DNA of 63,881 nt, counting the filler, from Intoshia linei (lineage: Eukaryota > Animalia > Orthonectida): the NCBI GenBank assembly GCA_001642005.1. It is 5 parts of 5 records of this genome, joined end to end, with 100 filler letters (N's around TTAATTAATTAA, not from the genome) between each part and the next. Parts side by side here need not be neighbours in the genome. Positions count along the whole stretch, not along the records: positions 26,369 to 50,043 come from LWCA01000553.1; positions 50,144 to 52,918 come from LWCA01002255.1; 3 more parts are not named here. The stretch is one strand, 5' to 3'. This document shows, one piece after another, positions 36,901-50,455 of the stretch (its first letter is position 1; every line of letters starts with the position of its first letter). The notes beneath the pieces are model-generated. The model made no database searches, had not been told where the DNA came from, and saw nothing but the letters and a program-made list of their open reading frames with translations. A program made the translations under genes and the position numbers.

Positions 36901-39900
36901 TATGCTTTTTTAATTTTATCAAAATTTTTAGACAATCCTAATGAGTGAGCTTGAAAATGTAGATTAGTATATTGGCCACCTAAATTTATTGATATTATTT
37001 ATATTATATCCTTTGCTAATCAGAAAATTAATAAATTTAATGATAAATATGAACTTAATATACTGACCCAACGTTAGTCAATAAAAAATCCCGAGAATAC
37101 TGGGCACGATAAATAGTATCATTCCACAAAAAATATACAATTATCTGGTTTACTCTAAACTTGGGCCTTTTCAGAATATTTAAGACTCAACTCAATGCTG
37201 ATAAATAGTATACCTGGTATTTCATGGTCAAATGCTTCCGATGTGCCGCTTTTTAAAGTAGTACAACATTCAAATGGCGCATACAATTGTCTAGCCTGTT
37301 CCCAATAATTAGAATAAGCATGTAGAACATTAAGGTTAAAATCTAAAATAATAATTATAAAATAGACGCAGTGTATTTATAATTAAATAATAATTTATAA
37401 ATAGTGTTTGTATTATTCACCAGTTTTTCGATCTGTGTCTGATAAGCATTTTATGAATGAACCCATACAAGGTTGAGAGGTGAGCCCAGACATTGAATCT
37501 ATTGCAAGATCAATGATATCCACTCCACATTCAGAAGCAATCAAACAGTTTATTAAGCCTACACAAGCAGTGTCGTGTGTATGATAATGCAATGGAATAT
37601 CTGGAAATGTATTTCGCAGTTCAGTAAACAATATCTTAGAAGATTCTGGTCGTAATATTCCGGCCATATCCTAATATATACAATTGAAATGTTTTGTAAA
37701 AATTGACAAATTACTTTAATACACAAAATGTGAGTTCCCGCTTCAACAATTTGTTTGGCAAGATTGATGTAATATTCAAGATTATATCTGTTATTAGGTG
37801 ATTTGTCCAAAATATCACCAGTAAATGATATAGCGGCTTCAACTACTCCACCTATAATAAGTAAATACCAGTATATAATTTTATTATAATAATAAGTGCA
37901 TTACATGATTAAAATTATAATTATTTGTTCTACCTGTTTTTCCACATGCTTCTATGCCAAAAATCATATTGGGCATGTAATTCAATGCATCAAATATGCG
38001 AAATATATCAATACCATAATTATAAGATTCTTCACAAAATCTAAATTATATTAAATATGATACAAAGATCAAACCTCTCAACCACATTATCTGGATAATT
38101 GCTATACCCTACGGCACTTGAACCACGAATTAGCATTTGAAAAGGTATGTTTGGAATCAATTCTCTTAATTTAGTCAATCTCATCCATGGATCTTCATGC
38201 AAAAATCTATATGCCACATCAAAAGTTGCTCCTAGTTTTTTTTAAAAACATGAAAAATTAATGAAACCTCCCCAATTTTCTAAACTAAATAGTTCGCCCA
38301 TATTTTGTGATACAAACGGAGCTATTTTTAATAGATCAAATGTTCTAACTCGTGTGGCCAATAAACTTTGATGTGCATCCCGCATCGTTGTATCTGTTAT
38401 TAATATTTTTTTCTCCTGTCTTATCTTTTTTAAAAAATTTTTCATTCCATGTTCTTTTAAAGTATATCTCCAATTTTTTGTAGTTTTCTTTGAAACTAAA
38501 TATCCTTTAATCTAAACATTAATGCTTAATAATTTTATAATACTTTGATGATCCATAGTTAAAATTTTTGGTTCAATTTTCGGAGATTTCAAATCTGTGG
38601 CCAAACTTAATGGAGGGCCATTTACACTAGTATTCACAATAAATTTTATTAGTTTTTGCGCTCTATTTTTTTGAAGTTGTGGTATGAGTAAATCTGGATT
38701 ATCATCTATAAAGTTTGTGCGAACATTTCCTTTTATAAATTGTTCATTTTTTAAAACATTTAATAAAAATGGAATATTTGTCTAAATAAATTTATTTATA
38801 AATACAGATGCACTTAAAACCTTTACACCTCTTATACGTGTTTCATTAATTGCTCTTATCATTTTTTGGCATGCCATTTCATGGTTTTTGGCTTTTGAAA
38901 TAATTTTCAGTAATAAAGAATCATAATGAGATGTTATACGACATCCTGAGTATGATGAAGCACCGTCTAGTCGTATTCCCATTCCAAGACCATACCGAAA
39001 AACCTATTGTAATATACTTTATAAATACACAATTTATAGAAAAGCATCGGATATGTTAGTATTTTCCAACTGATATTTCTTAAAAGTTTGGTTTAAAAAA
39101 AAAAAATTAAAATCCTCTTGAAAGTTTGGTTCAAAAAAATTGCTAAAAACCCCCCTTAAAGTTTGTTTTAAAAAAAATTTCTAAGAAACCCCTGTAGAAA
39201 GTTTGGTTCAAAAAAATTTCTAAAACCCAAAAATAAACTATAATTAAAATACATAAAATGTATAATGAAAATTTTACACATTCTACAATTTGCCCATAGA
39301 ATGTGTGCATTTCACAGTTTTACACAATCTGTACGACATACAGTATATACTTTACATATATAAAATGGAATGTCTGTGTGTGGGTTACGTTTTATTTAAA
39401 CAACGACAGTCGTAGAATTTAAAAAAACCCACTTTCTAATACAGTTTTTCCCAGAGCGTGTTTATATCTATTTTTTATTTTTATTTTCCAAATTTGCGTC
39501 CTTCAGGGTCAAAAAGCCAATTTTCCCTTTTTTTTAAAAATAAATCACCCAAAACATTAATAAAACACCCGTTCTGAGACGCGTTATAAAATGATTAACA
39601 TTGTCGTAAATCTCAGCCTCAGAACCGCAGACCTTTATGGTCAAAACCACAAATTACCCTATTTTTAAAAAATGTACTAAAACATAAATATTATAAAACA
39701 TAAATTCAAGGATAGTTTTTAAAATCGTAGCATTATAATAAATGACAACCTCACAAAAGTGCATTTTCACGACCAAAACCTCAGATTTCACCTTTTTTAA
39801 AAAAATGAAAATAGTCTTAGAATATAAAAAAATGACACCTTATAGGTATATTCAATGAACACACACAAAAAATTTTAATCTGACAAAATGACGCCTTCAC

Positions 39901-42900
39901 GGTAAAAATCATAAATAAAATATATTATATAAATACTTCTAAAATTCCTGCATTAGGTTGAAAGTTTTTAGTAGAGTCTTCCGTTGTCAATCTACATTGT
40001 ATAGCGGATCCATTGATATTTATGTTGTTTTGAATCAAAGATAAATCTTTTAGTAATAATCCATCTGCAATATTGATTTGTGATTGGACCAAATCGATTC
40101 TAAATCATAATTCGTAATTAATAATTTATGTTTTTCAATTAAATTTCATTATTAACTGTGTTTAAATGTCAATAGACTAGAAGGGTTTAAAGTTTAAATT
40201 TTAAATATAATAAGATATATTAGATTTTCCCACGGACCGTGTGCAAAAAAGATACATTAAATTTTAAAAATACGAAATTTTTTCGAAAAAATACAAAATA
40301 GCAATTCGTCAATCGTTCAGAACCACAATTTTAACCATTAATTTAAGTAGAGTTAATTTAATAGATTCGTCAAAAAATTTGTAAATTATCACCGGTCCAT
40401 AAGACTCAAAAGATTGGAAAATTTTTACATTATTAAATGTTGGTAGCTTGAACAGTTTTACAATTACAATTATACTTTTACAATTTACTTGCAATAAGTG
40501 ATAATCAACATGACTTACTCAAAAGAATTATATTTTGAAAAATTATAAAATTTTCCACTTAATTTTTACATTAGTGATAATTAGTCTAAGAGTTGCAAAA
40601 ACGATTACATTTTATGGTTACGGTAAAAAAATAACATTTATCACGCACAGTCATAGAGTTTCTAAATAAAATTTCAATATCATTAAATAATCATTATTTA
40701 TCAATAGGTTTTACATTATCACTTCAAAAAGACGTGTCTGTAAATACATAAGCAATTACGTACACATATAGATTTAAAACTAATGAAACATACTGCAACA
40801 ATGTTAAATATAAACAATCGGTCGAGTTAAATGGACGCGCTATAAATGTAACTTACTTCAAATATTTATGTTCAACGGCATTTGAAAATTATGTTTATTA
40901 TAAACTATATATAAAAGTTTAAATATTTCAAAATATCGATGAAGCTGACATTTGGTGATTATAATTTTATATTTTTTTATAAGGGGATTTAATTTTTTAA
41001 AAAAGTTGCAATTGGTTGTCTAGTGATGATATTACATGATACCATCCATTATTAATTATATAATATTACTGTATATTATTAAATATGAAAAATATAATTA
41101 TAAAGATACCCAGTAATTTCTTCTGTTACAGTATGTTCTACTTGTAATCGTGGATTGACTTCAATAAAAAAGTGATTTCCCTCCTCGTCTACTAGGAACT
41201 CAACTGTCCCAGCATTTTCATAATTGACTCGTTTTGCAATTCTTATTGCTTGTTCTGTCATTATTTTTTTTAATTTTGAATCTAAATGAGGCGCAGGTGC
41301 AATTTCTATAACCTTTTGGTGTCTTCGTTGAACAGAACCTTAAATTCAATTCAAATAATAACTATTTATTATTTACAATCTCTTTCGTGCAAATGAACCA
41401 CATTACCTTGCTTATCCCCTAAAAATAGAACGATTAAAATTTTTAATTTGTAATCTATTTAATAATAATTACGTGTGTGATACCGTTTAATCTATTAATA
41501 AAGTACACTATTTTTACAAATAAATTATAACCCTACTTTGGAACAACTTTTGATTAACGACATTTGCGTATTTTTGAGCACTTTCTCAAATTAACTACGT
41601 TTTCTAGTACATCCCAGCAAATTTTATATAAGCTCAGCAAAAAATTAAAAATGATCTATATACCACTGAATTTAACTGACTCAGTTAAATCAGATTTTTT
41701 TTTGATTTTTGTACCGAAACCACTTTTTTCTTTTCAGCTTTTCTTTGCAAACTGTATATAATAACGATTTTTAGTAAGCACTCAGCAAATATAATATTTT
41801 TCTATTTTATTATCTTGTGCATCAAAATTTGTAATTACTTCCAAATTAGGTCATATCAACGAAATTTTTGTAAAATGGTGGCCTTATTTTTCGAGATTTC
41901 TCTAAAATAACAAATAGGCCGTAACCATCTCTATGCAGATTTGGACTTTACAGTTTAAATTTGACAGACAAAAAAGTTAGATATTGAAAAAATAAGGTGT
42001 TTTAGGAATACGGTAATTTTTGTTTTAATTAATATTTTTATTAGTTACTTTTCATAAGTGAAATTAATTTACAATAGTATTGTTTTTTATAGCATCCAAA
42101 AAATTGTCACTTTTCGTTTGTCTACTGCAAGGTTCACAAGCTTTCCACTGATTTAGCTGCAAAGCTACTTTACTCATTGATACTACGGCCACACAAAATT
42201 TACTTTGATATGTAGAAAGTATAAATCCATTTTGAGAAAGTGACCAAAGTCAAAAATTTAACTTTTTGATAGAAATATTTTAAATTGCCCATGAATAAAA
42301 TCATATTTAAACTATATCAATTTAACGTAAAATGGTATATTGCATTATGATCACATGGATTTCCCACGGCCGCACATAAACGTTCTCACGGCAGCAGGTT
42401 GTGTTTCCACGGTCTACTATATGGAAGAAACCTACTTATCATTATTTAGAAATTGTTTAAAACTAAACTTTAAATTAGGTTTTATTTGAGTGAATTTAGA
42501 ACCGTATATTTTTTATAAGAGTTATTGAATCACTAATTTTCATATATATAGTTTTAGATGAGCATTTTTTAACTGTGAGACAAGACCCACCATTGTGTGT
42601 GACGAAAATATTGTGGACCTACGACATTTTGGTGGGCGTGGGAAATTTCGCAAATGTATTGTAATTATGAAAACATTAGATTCATTTAATATTCAGTTTG
42701 TACAATACTAGTTTGACTTTTGTCTATTTAGTACAAACAGCATCTAGCTCCACCGAGAATCGACTTTTAAAATTTAAGAACCATTTTTTATTGATTTTAA
42801 GTCTTTGTGGTTTGTCCATGAAGATAGAAGTTTCTGAGGTTGACATTTTGGACAAAAGTAATTCTGTTAAAACGCACCCCAGAATGTATGTTCTTTAAAA

Positions 42901-44172
42901 TTCTAGAACTGATTTTATTATTTATTTAAAACAAAAGATAAGTTGAGTTTTTGACCCTGAAGGACTCAATTTTTGAAATAAAATTTGCGTTAAAAAATTC
43001 ACTCTCGAAAAATTGTATTAGGAATTGGTTTTTTTAATTTTATGACTTTTAATTTTTATTTCTAGGTTTAAACGATAACACACAGACGTAATAATTCAAA
43101 ACAAGTAATAATTTTTACGTTTATACAAGTAAAGGATTCTCATGCGTAATATCTAATATTAAGAAAAACAAAGATTTATCTAAATCTAAAACTTCGTGAT
43201 ACCTAATATTTGTATTTCAATATGTCTTGGGTTTTTTATATATTTTTCGATAAACAAATCTCCATTTCCAAAAGAGTTCAATGCTTCATTAGTAGCTGAT
43301 TGAAAATTTGTTTCAATTTCCTAATGTAAATTTATATATCAATACAAGCTTAACAACCTCAATGTCATCTTTAAATATCACTCTCATTCCTTTACCACCT
43401 CCTCCATGTGCTGCCTTTAGAATAATGGGGTAACCATACTTGCCTCCAAATTCTGTTATATCATTTAATGATTTGACTGCGACAGAAGTACCGGGGATAA
43501 CGGGTACTCCTAAAAATGGTATTATTGAAAATAAATAATTAAATATACCTGAATCTATTGCAATTTGACGTGCAGCTACTTTTTCACCCATTGCTAGTAA
43601 GGTTTTTGGAGTTGGGCCAACAAATATTAAATCATTGTCTATGCACTTAGATGCAAATTCTGCACTTTCAGATAAAAATCCATATCCAGGGTGTATCGCG
43701 TCAACATTGCGATCCTTTTTTAAATATGTTATTTTAATTTTATGAACTAATATACTTTAGCAATTTTAATAATTTCTTCGGCCGATAAATATGCTGCCAC
43801 AGGGTTCAAGTTTTTTCCAACTAAATAAGATTCATCTGCTTTAACACGATGACTTTGATTTAAATCTGCTTCAGAATATATGCCAACTGTTTTAATACTC
43901 ATTTCATTCGCTGCTCTGAAAATACGTATCGCAATTTCCCCTGTATGTACATTATAGTTTACATAAATATGAAGTAATATATATAATTTACCTCTATTTG
44001 CTACTAATATGGTTTTTATATTTTTCAACGGTGAAGCAGAAAAACACCTCTTATATTTTTTTCCATAAAATATTTCATTTTTAAATAAAATTGAATTTGA
44101 TATATTCTGGCTTTTTTTGCATTTGTATCCACTGTTAAACAAAAAATATAGCGGATTTTTTCGTCTTAACAT
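33923..44172 (-). CDS. PC: Pyruvate carboxylase, mitochondrial (~19 exons)
   Basis: [98 protein letters not shown] biotinyl motif; all introns traced are GT-AG. Confidence 0.97.
35320..36622 (+). mobile_element. Composite Helitron-like element in PC intron carrying a 22-bp array
   Basis: Family A 5' half at 35320-35800; 3' hairpin TCTGTACGAAATACAAACAG followed by AGCTAG|T ending 36622. Confidence 0.5.
35842..36480. repeat. TTGTCAGTA motif array (20-22 bp period) followed by inverted TACTGAC copies
   Basis: Motif starts at 35901, 35921, 35942, 35964, 35986, 36008, 36029, 36049, plus 35842, ~36149 and 36323; inverted copies at ~36380-36478. Confidence 0.75.
39081..39230. repeat. Minisatellite, 4 x ~38 bp
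   Basis: Unit AAAGTTTGGTTCAAAAAAATTTCTAAAAACCCC repeated four times in a PC intron. Confidence 0.8.
39345..39910 (+). mobile_element. Helitron-like family A copy (PC intron)
   Basis: TACTTTACATATATAAAATGGAATGTCTGTGTGTG start; subunits with AGTCxTAGAAT and GGTCAAAA. Confidence 0.55.
42780..43140 (-). mobile_element. Helitron-like family A copy (PC intron, reverse)
   Basis: Reverse complement ATCCTTTACTTGTATAAAC...GTCTGTGTGTTATCGTTT...CAGGGTCAAAAAC...AGTTCTAGAATTT. Confidence 0.55.
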
Positions 44173-46066
44173 GAATATAAGGTTTTGAATTGTAAAAAAT
44201 AATTTTAGTAGAAATAATTTAATATCACAATTAATTTACATTCAGATTTAGGTTATTATTGAAATTCATTCAGTAAACAATTTTCAAAAATGTGTATGAT
44301 TCAGTAAATATATTCAATATCTACTGCAAAACAAATAGTACTGTAGTGATATTATCACTATCGTATCAGCACAGAATAAAATATGCATTTTTGGATAACT
44401 TAAATGTGGTGCTTACCTGACAGAGACATTATTTATGTTATTATTATATAGGGTATCTGACCATGTTCAATGTACGAACCCTGCTCAATTTTTCCCCGTT
44501 AAATAGAATATTCTGGAATTCACTCTTACTAAATCTACACTACAATTCAGTACATTAAGTACAAATAAGTATATTGAATATACAGTTTCATTATCTGTAG
44601 ACACAATCTTATAAATATAACATCAATATTCACTTAAAAATTGAAATAAAAATTTTAAAAATACAATTTCAATGATTGCTTAACACAGTTAAAAGTTTGC
44701 ATTTAAAAATGCTCTTTTATTAACTTGTAAATTGACGTGAAATAATAACATATAAATACAGGTGAACCTCGATTGTTGTAGTTAATCAATCGTATAATAG
44801 AATTCATCGAAACCGCACTAAATGAAATCAAAAATCCGTGCTGAATATTTTAATGAATATATAAAATTTTTATATTTAAAATAAATGATAGGGGGACCAA
44901 TTTCTAATACAGCTTTTTGAAGTGAGGTTTTGTGGAAAATTTCATTGTCAAAAATTAAATCCTTCAAGGTCAAAATCTGGAATTTTAATAGAAGATAACA
45001 TCGAATACAGCTTTATCCAGTTAAAATATATAAAAAATTTCATTATGACAATTTTAAGCATTCAAGGTCAAAAAAGCAATTTACTATATACTCTTTTTTT
45101 AGAAATTATTTTGTTTACAAATAATAATGACGAATAGAACTCACCAATTTTACTCTATAATCGATAATCTGGATTATCTTTTGAATAATTTTGAATATTG
45201 CTGACTGAAAAATTTTTCAAACATTAAAAACAACCATGGCCGCTCGAATTTAGAAATGCATTCCATTTCGATTTTTACAGTCCGCTAAATTGTTCAATAC
45301 AAAATAAATTTCCAGACTATACGTGAATTTATATCACGTGTAAATAAACAATTCAAAATTTCTGAATTGTATAGTTCAAGACTTGGAACTTTTCATCAAA
45401 CATGCATCTTTCCTTTAATTTTTTCATATGTGAAAAATATTGAAGGGTCAGTAACGTATTTAAGGTGACGCGCATAATTTCGACGAAAAATTTGGGCGAA
45501 CTTTTATAAAAAACTTTTACGGATTATGTAGCCAGTTTTTCTCAAAACATAGTGTTATATTTAGTCAAGTGTTATACGCTCAGTGCCCAGTACAAAATTC
45601 ACAACATTGCTATACCACAGTACTCAGTTTAAATTTTACCCAGACTATTGTCAATATGAATTTAATAGCCCTATGCATTTTTTTTACAGTTTTCATGGTT
45701 TACGAAAAAAAGTACAGGTATCAAAATAATAATAAATGAAAATCAATAGGAACACAAATTACATAAAAATTGTAGTTTGGTCAGTTGTTACATTTTGTTT
45801 GTGGTACATAACGATTGCCTTATACTTATGTATTTGTAATTTTTCCTTTCACTCTTATCAAATACATTGTATATTAATGTTATCATTAAACACCGCAAAA
45901 AATTAATGGATTCCAATTGTATTATTAGCTAGTTAATTCAAAAAGGTTAAGTTTTTTACAAGCGCGCTTCATTGAAAAAATTAGTTATTAATTTTATTAA
46001 CATTATTATCATTGTATACTATTTTAAATTTAAGAAATACATTTATTAAAAAATTTTTGCATTCAA

Positions 46067-48015
46067 TCAACTGTTTGTATCACTGTCATCTCCTTTCATA
46101 GCTACGAGACTTGACATTTCATGAATATCCCTATTCCAGTTCTTTGATAGGGATTTAATTATATGTTGATGTGATTTAATTTTTATATTAGTTATAATGG
46201 TATTATTAGTATCAATAGAATTGACATCCGAAGAACCACTACTAATCATATCATTCGAATATGCATTTTTTGATATTTTTTTTAATTTAGCAAGACTTGG
46301 AAAATCATAATCCCTATTTCCAAAATGAATATTTGAACTTAAAGCAACATTTTCCGATGTTGTATCCCTATTCATATTTTCATATTTTGAATTATCTGAT
46401 AATATATAAAAATTGTGTTTTTTCAATTCAACATTTGGTTTTTCATCATCAGATGAATACGTGACATTTTTTGACTTGTCTTGATCTACACTGGTATTTT
46501 TAACGTGTGATACTTCTTCAGATTCCTGATCTAAATTCTGATCATTATAAATTTCAATTGTAGGACTATTATCAGAAAAAATTGTAGATATTTCATTTTC
46601 ATTATTATGCAAATCATAATCTTTTCTATAATTCATGGAATCGTCTTTTAGTGAAATTGTTGCAACAGAATCTATTGGTGCTTGTCTAAAATTATACTCA
46701 TCGTCGGTTATGATTGATACACTTTCAATTTTTTCTCTATCGTAAATATCTTGGCTTTTAAGCAAATTTGTTATTTTTGGTATTTCGGTTGATTCGATAG
46801 CATCCGAATTTGCATGAACTTGCAAACTATCTGTTTGGGTAATATTTTGATATACTGAATCATCTTCACAGTTTAATTTTTGATTATTTGATTCATGAAA
46901 TCTTTTCTCTGCTTCAATCTCTACTTCTGTTTTATTACTAGTTTCTTTTTTTAATTCAACATTCTCATTTTTTTCAATTGCATCTTCTTTAGAATGGTTT
47001 TCATTTATTGTATCTCTCATTACATCATTTACTGTATTAATTCCATCCATTTTTGCAGACATTCTTTTTTTTTTTAATTTTTTATTTTTAGATCCTTCTT
47101 CAGTGTTAAATGATTCATAATCGGAAATACTCTCATTGTTATCGATTTTTATCAATTTTATTAATATTTTGCTGGATCTTTTTTCTATTTTTAATTTTTC
47201 ATCTAAAATTAAGTCATTACATTACATACATAATTTAATTCAGTATATTTAAACCAGCGGTTCTCAACATACTTCGCAGTTGGTACCCCTCAACTAAAAA
47301 AATATAATTTGGTACCCCATAATAATTTCTATTTATGGTAACTATGATACCATGTGAATTAAAAAAATAAAGTTAGTTAAACTCTACTTTATAAAAAATA
47401 GATACATAAATGTATTATGAAATTTTAAAAATATTTATAATTTATGAATCATAAAGTGTGAGTCATAGGATAAGACGAACTGGTATCCCCATTTGAGAAC
47501 CGCTGATTTAAACGGTAAATTTGGTGCACTCCAATAAATACACTAAAAGTAAACAAGATTCGTCATCAAAATGATTAAGTCTTGTTTCGTCTTTAAATCG
47601 GAAAATTTTATGAAAGGTGAGAAGTAAGAAGCCAAAAGATTGAGAATTGAAATTAACAGTATATAAAATGTAAGTCACCCATTTACTTTGAAAATATTTT
47701 GAAATTCTTAAAATACATTTATAAATTTGTAAAGTAATATCGTGTTTGGTTACAAAATAATAAAATATCGACTTCTTAGTTAAATTGCACATTTGTGTAA
47801 GTTAATTTAAATTTTTTTTACCTGCCTTCTTGTTTGCACTTTCCATATTAGTTATTTCATTTTCTTAAATAAGTTTTATAGCTTCAATTTAAATGTTTAC
47901 CTTTTAAATGTAGAATTGTTTTTTGTTTACTTTCAATCAAATCATTCTATATTTACTTTTATAAAAATAATAAAAATAATACGGATTGTTCATCTTTATT
48001 CTGAACATTTCCCAT
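46067..48015 (-). CDS. Orphan low-complexity acidic/Asn-rich protein (~420 aa, 4 exons)
   Basis: In-frame splicing MGNVQNKDEQS|NDLIESKQKTILHLK|ENEITNMESANKKA|DEKLKIEKRSSK... into the 362-aa ORF. Confidence 0.65.
47255..47505. mobile_element. hAT/Buster MITE with perfect TSD
   Basis: Perfect 13-bp TIR CAGCGGTTCTCAA; perfect 8-bp TSD ATTTAAAC on both sides (central TA). Confidence 0.92.
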
Positions 48016-48131
48016 AATTTTTTTAAATTATTAATGTTTACAATGATGAAAAATTTAGTAAGATGAAACATGATAAAACGGTAAACAATAAATTCAAACA
48101 AAATTGAAGTATACATTTATTAAAATTTGCA

Positions 48132-49260
48132 TCATTTTTCTAGATTCCAATTGTTTTCCAGTGCTAAATTGTAGATTCTTTTAAGCGAAACTTCCATTAT
48201 TTTTCTTTTTTTAGTTTCTTCATCCATTTCTTTTGTTATACTATTTATTTTCTCCTTGTACGCAGTATATAATTTTTCAAATTTGGAATTAGTGTCTACA
48301 ACATATTCGTCAAATTTAACTTTTGATACATAATTTTTAGTAATGTCCTTTGCCACGTTGGTGGCGATAGTAAACATTTCTTCAGGGATAGAATGTTTTT
48401 TCAGTGATTTTTCACTTTTATCAGTATGTTTTGGCTTGACGGGTGATTTAGAACTAATATAAACATCTAAAATAAGATAAAAATACTCAACATTTAAACT
48501 AATATTTAAAATATACCCGGTTTTATTTCCTTAGATTCAACATTATCCCATTTTGGAAATGCTAAAAAATTGAATAAATAAAAATTCCAAATCAAAAATA
48601 CAATTATCTGGCTGCATATCATGATTAAATATAGTTTTGGGTTTTCTTTTGTGTGGTATTTGAGCTCTATATTCATTGTAATTTTCAAGTGGCTTAATAT
48701 CACATTTCTCCTTTTTTTTAATGTCACTATTTACATTGATATTTTTTTCCTTGTCAACAGGTTGTATAGGTTTATTTTCATATCCTTTCATTCGGTTAAG
48801 ATAATCTGATTCAATATTTTGAGTGGGTTCATTAATATGTTTATCAAGTCGTTCCTTCGTAAAACTACTTGATTTTAAATCATTATTCACATTAAAAACT
48901 GCAATAGAATCATTATTTGTGGGAACACTGGTGTGATGATGTACTAGTTTTGAATCATGGGTCTTTGAAATTGGATTTTGAATCGTAATGCTACTTTGCT
49001 TCTAAAAATTTTAAATTTATATTGTAATTTAACAATTTAAAAACCAATTTAGCAATTCGTTCCTGAATTCCAGCTTTATGGAGAGGTCGGTTATCTAAAC
49101 ATTTAAATAAATATAATTGATTAACAATTGTAAAAATTGTAAAAACAAATTATTCACCTGAACGGTTAAAATTAGAAATAGAGTTTAATGACTTATCAAA
49201 GTTTCTATTAATGTTGGATTTTTCAGCTAAACTAGAATCAAATACGATTCTGTTCCTCTC
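48132..49260 (-). CDS. CD2AP/CIN85(SH3KBP1)-like adaptor, C-terminal exons
   Basis: RAQIPHKRKP (CPI-like motif) and terminal coiled coil KINSITKEMDEETKKRKIMEVSLKRI, like CIN85 ELDEEKKIRLRLQMEV; SH3 exons not seen before the contig end. Confidence 0.5.
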
Positions 49261-49789
49261 TAATGATGGGAAATAAATATTAAGATTATTGGAATGCATG
49301 AGACATAGAAATAATTTACAATAATAGTATTTGTGAAACGTCAATTTCTCAAATTTTAGTTTAATCCGTGATATTTTTCATAACTACATACACTTGTTAT
49401 AGATACAGTTAGTGTGTATAAATAAAGCACAGATATACTGTTTAATATCATCTTGTAACTGACAATTCGTTTTAATAAATTATCCAAGTGAGTATTCAGA
49501 AATATTAAATTTTCCACATAAAAATTTAAAATCAATATTAGTAATAATCATTTTCTTTTGTAGTGATGTGAAAGTCAAGTTTATTTATATTATCAACCTA
49601 CAAATTGTAGGTTACTACAATACTTTAATGTACTTTGTACAGTGTATTTATATTTGTTTTTGCACTTTATTGAAAAATATTATAAAATACATTTATTGTA
49701 AACTAAAAACTAGAATTGAAGAATAACGTTAATAAATAATTTAATTTACAATTTTAGTCCGTAATTTGTTCTAATAAAATTGACCTTCG

Positions 49790-50043
49790 TATGTACCTTT
49801 TCATGTTTCGCCAATAGCCTCACAATCGCTTTGAGTAATTGTTGAAAAACCATTTTGGATACTTTCGAAAAGTTGTGCCTCAGTAGTGTTTCTATTTCTA
49901 CAAACTGATTCTTTCCATTTACTAAATACGTTCTCTATAGGGTTTAAAAAGGGGAGAGTAGGGTGCTAAAAATTCGATTCTGTGACCAAAATTTACAATT
50001 AAATTCACAATATCAACTATCTTATGAAATCGTACATTATCCA
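49790..50043 (-). pseudogene. IS630/Tc1-type transposase remnant
   Basis: DNVRFHK...FLAPYSP(frameshift)LNPIENVFSKWK. Confidence 0.8.
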
Positions 50044-50143
50044 NNNNNNNNNNNNNNNNNNNNNNNNNNNNNNNNNNNNNNNNNNNNTTAATTAATTAAN
50101 NNNNNNNNNNNNNNNNNNNNNNNNNNNNNNNNNNNNNNNNNNN

Positions 50144-50455
50144 GACGGTGCTCCATCTATGATAGGCTCAAAAAAAGGAATTGTAAATTTAATGCAATAA
50201 CATTTAAAAATGAATACATTTCAATTTCTTTAAAAAACTTTCATTGTATAATTCATCAAGAAGAATTATGTGGAAAATCGATGAAACTTAATGATATAAT
50301 GACATTTGTCATAAAAACTGTAAATTTTATTTTGTATGATAAAAATTTAAAATATATATATTCAAATTAAAAATTCTTAAAATTTATTTGTCCGGCCCAC
50401 CTATCTATTTTATATAACAATTCGGCCCGCTATCACAGAAAGTTGCCCATCCCTG
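50144..50455 (+). mobile_element. hAT (GTF2IRD2/SPIN-like) deleted element end
   Basis: DGAPSMIG...HCIIHQEELC remnant; right TIR GTTGCCCATCCCTG. Confidence 0.8.

Noticed and set aside
44409-44500. CTTACCTGACAG...ATGTACGAACCCTGC...TTTCCCC resembling U1 snRNA
   Set aside because: No U1-70K loop (GATCACGAAG), U1A loop or Sm site; better explained as a minus-strand CAG|GTAAG donor of a PC 5'-UTR exon
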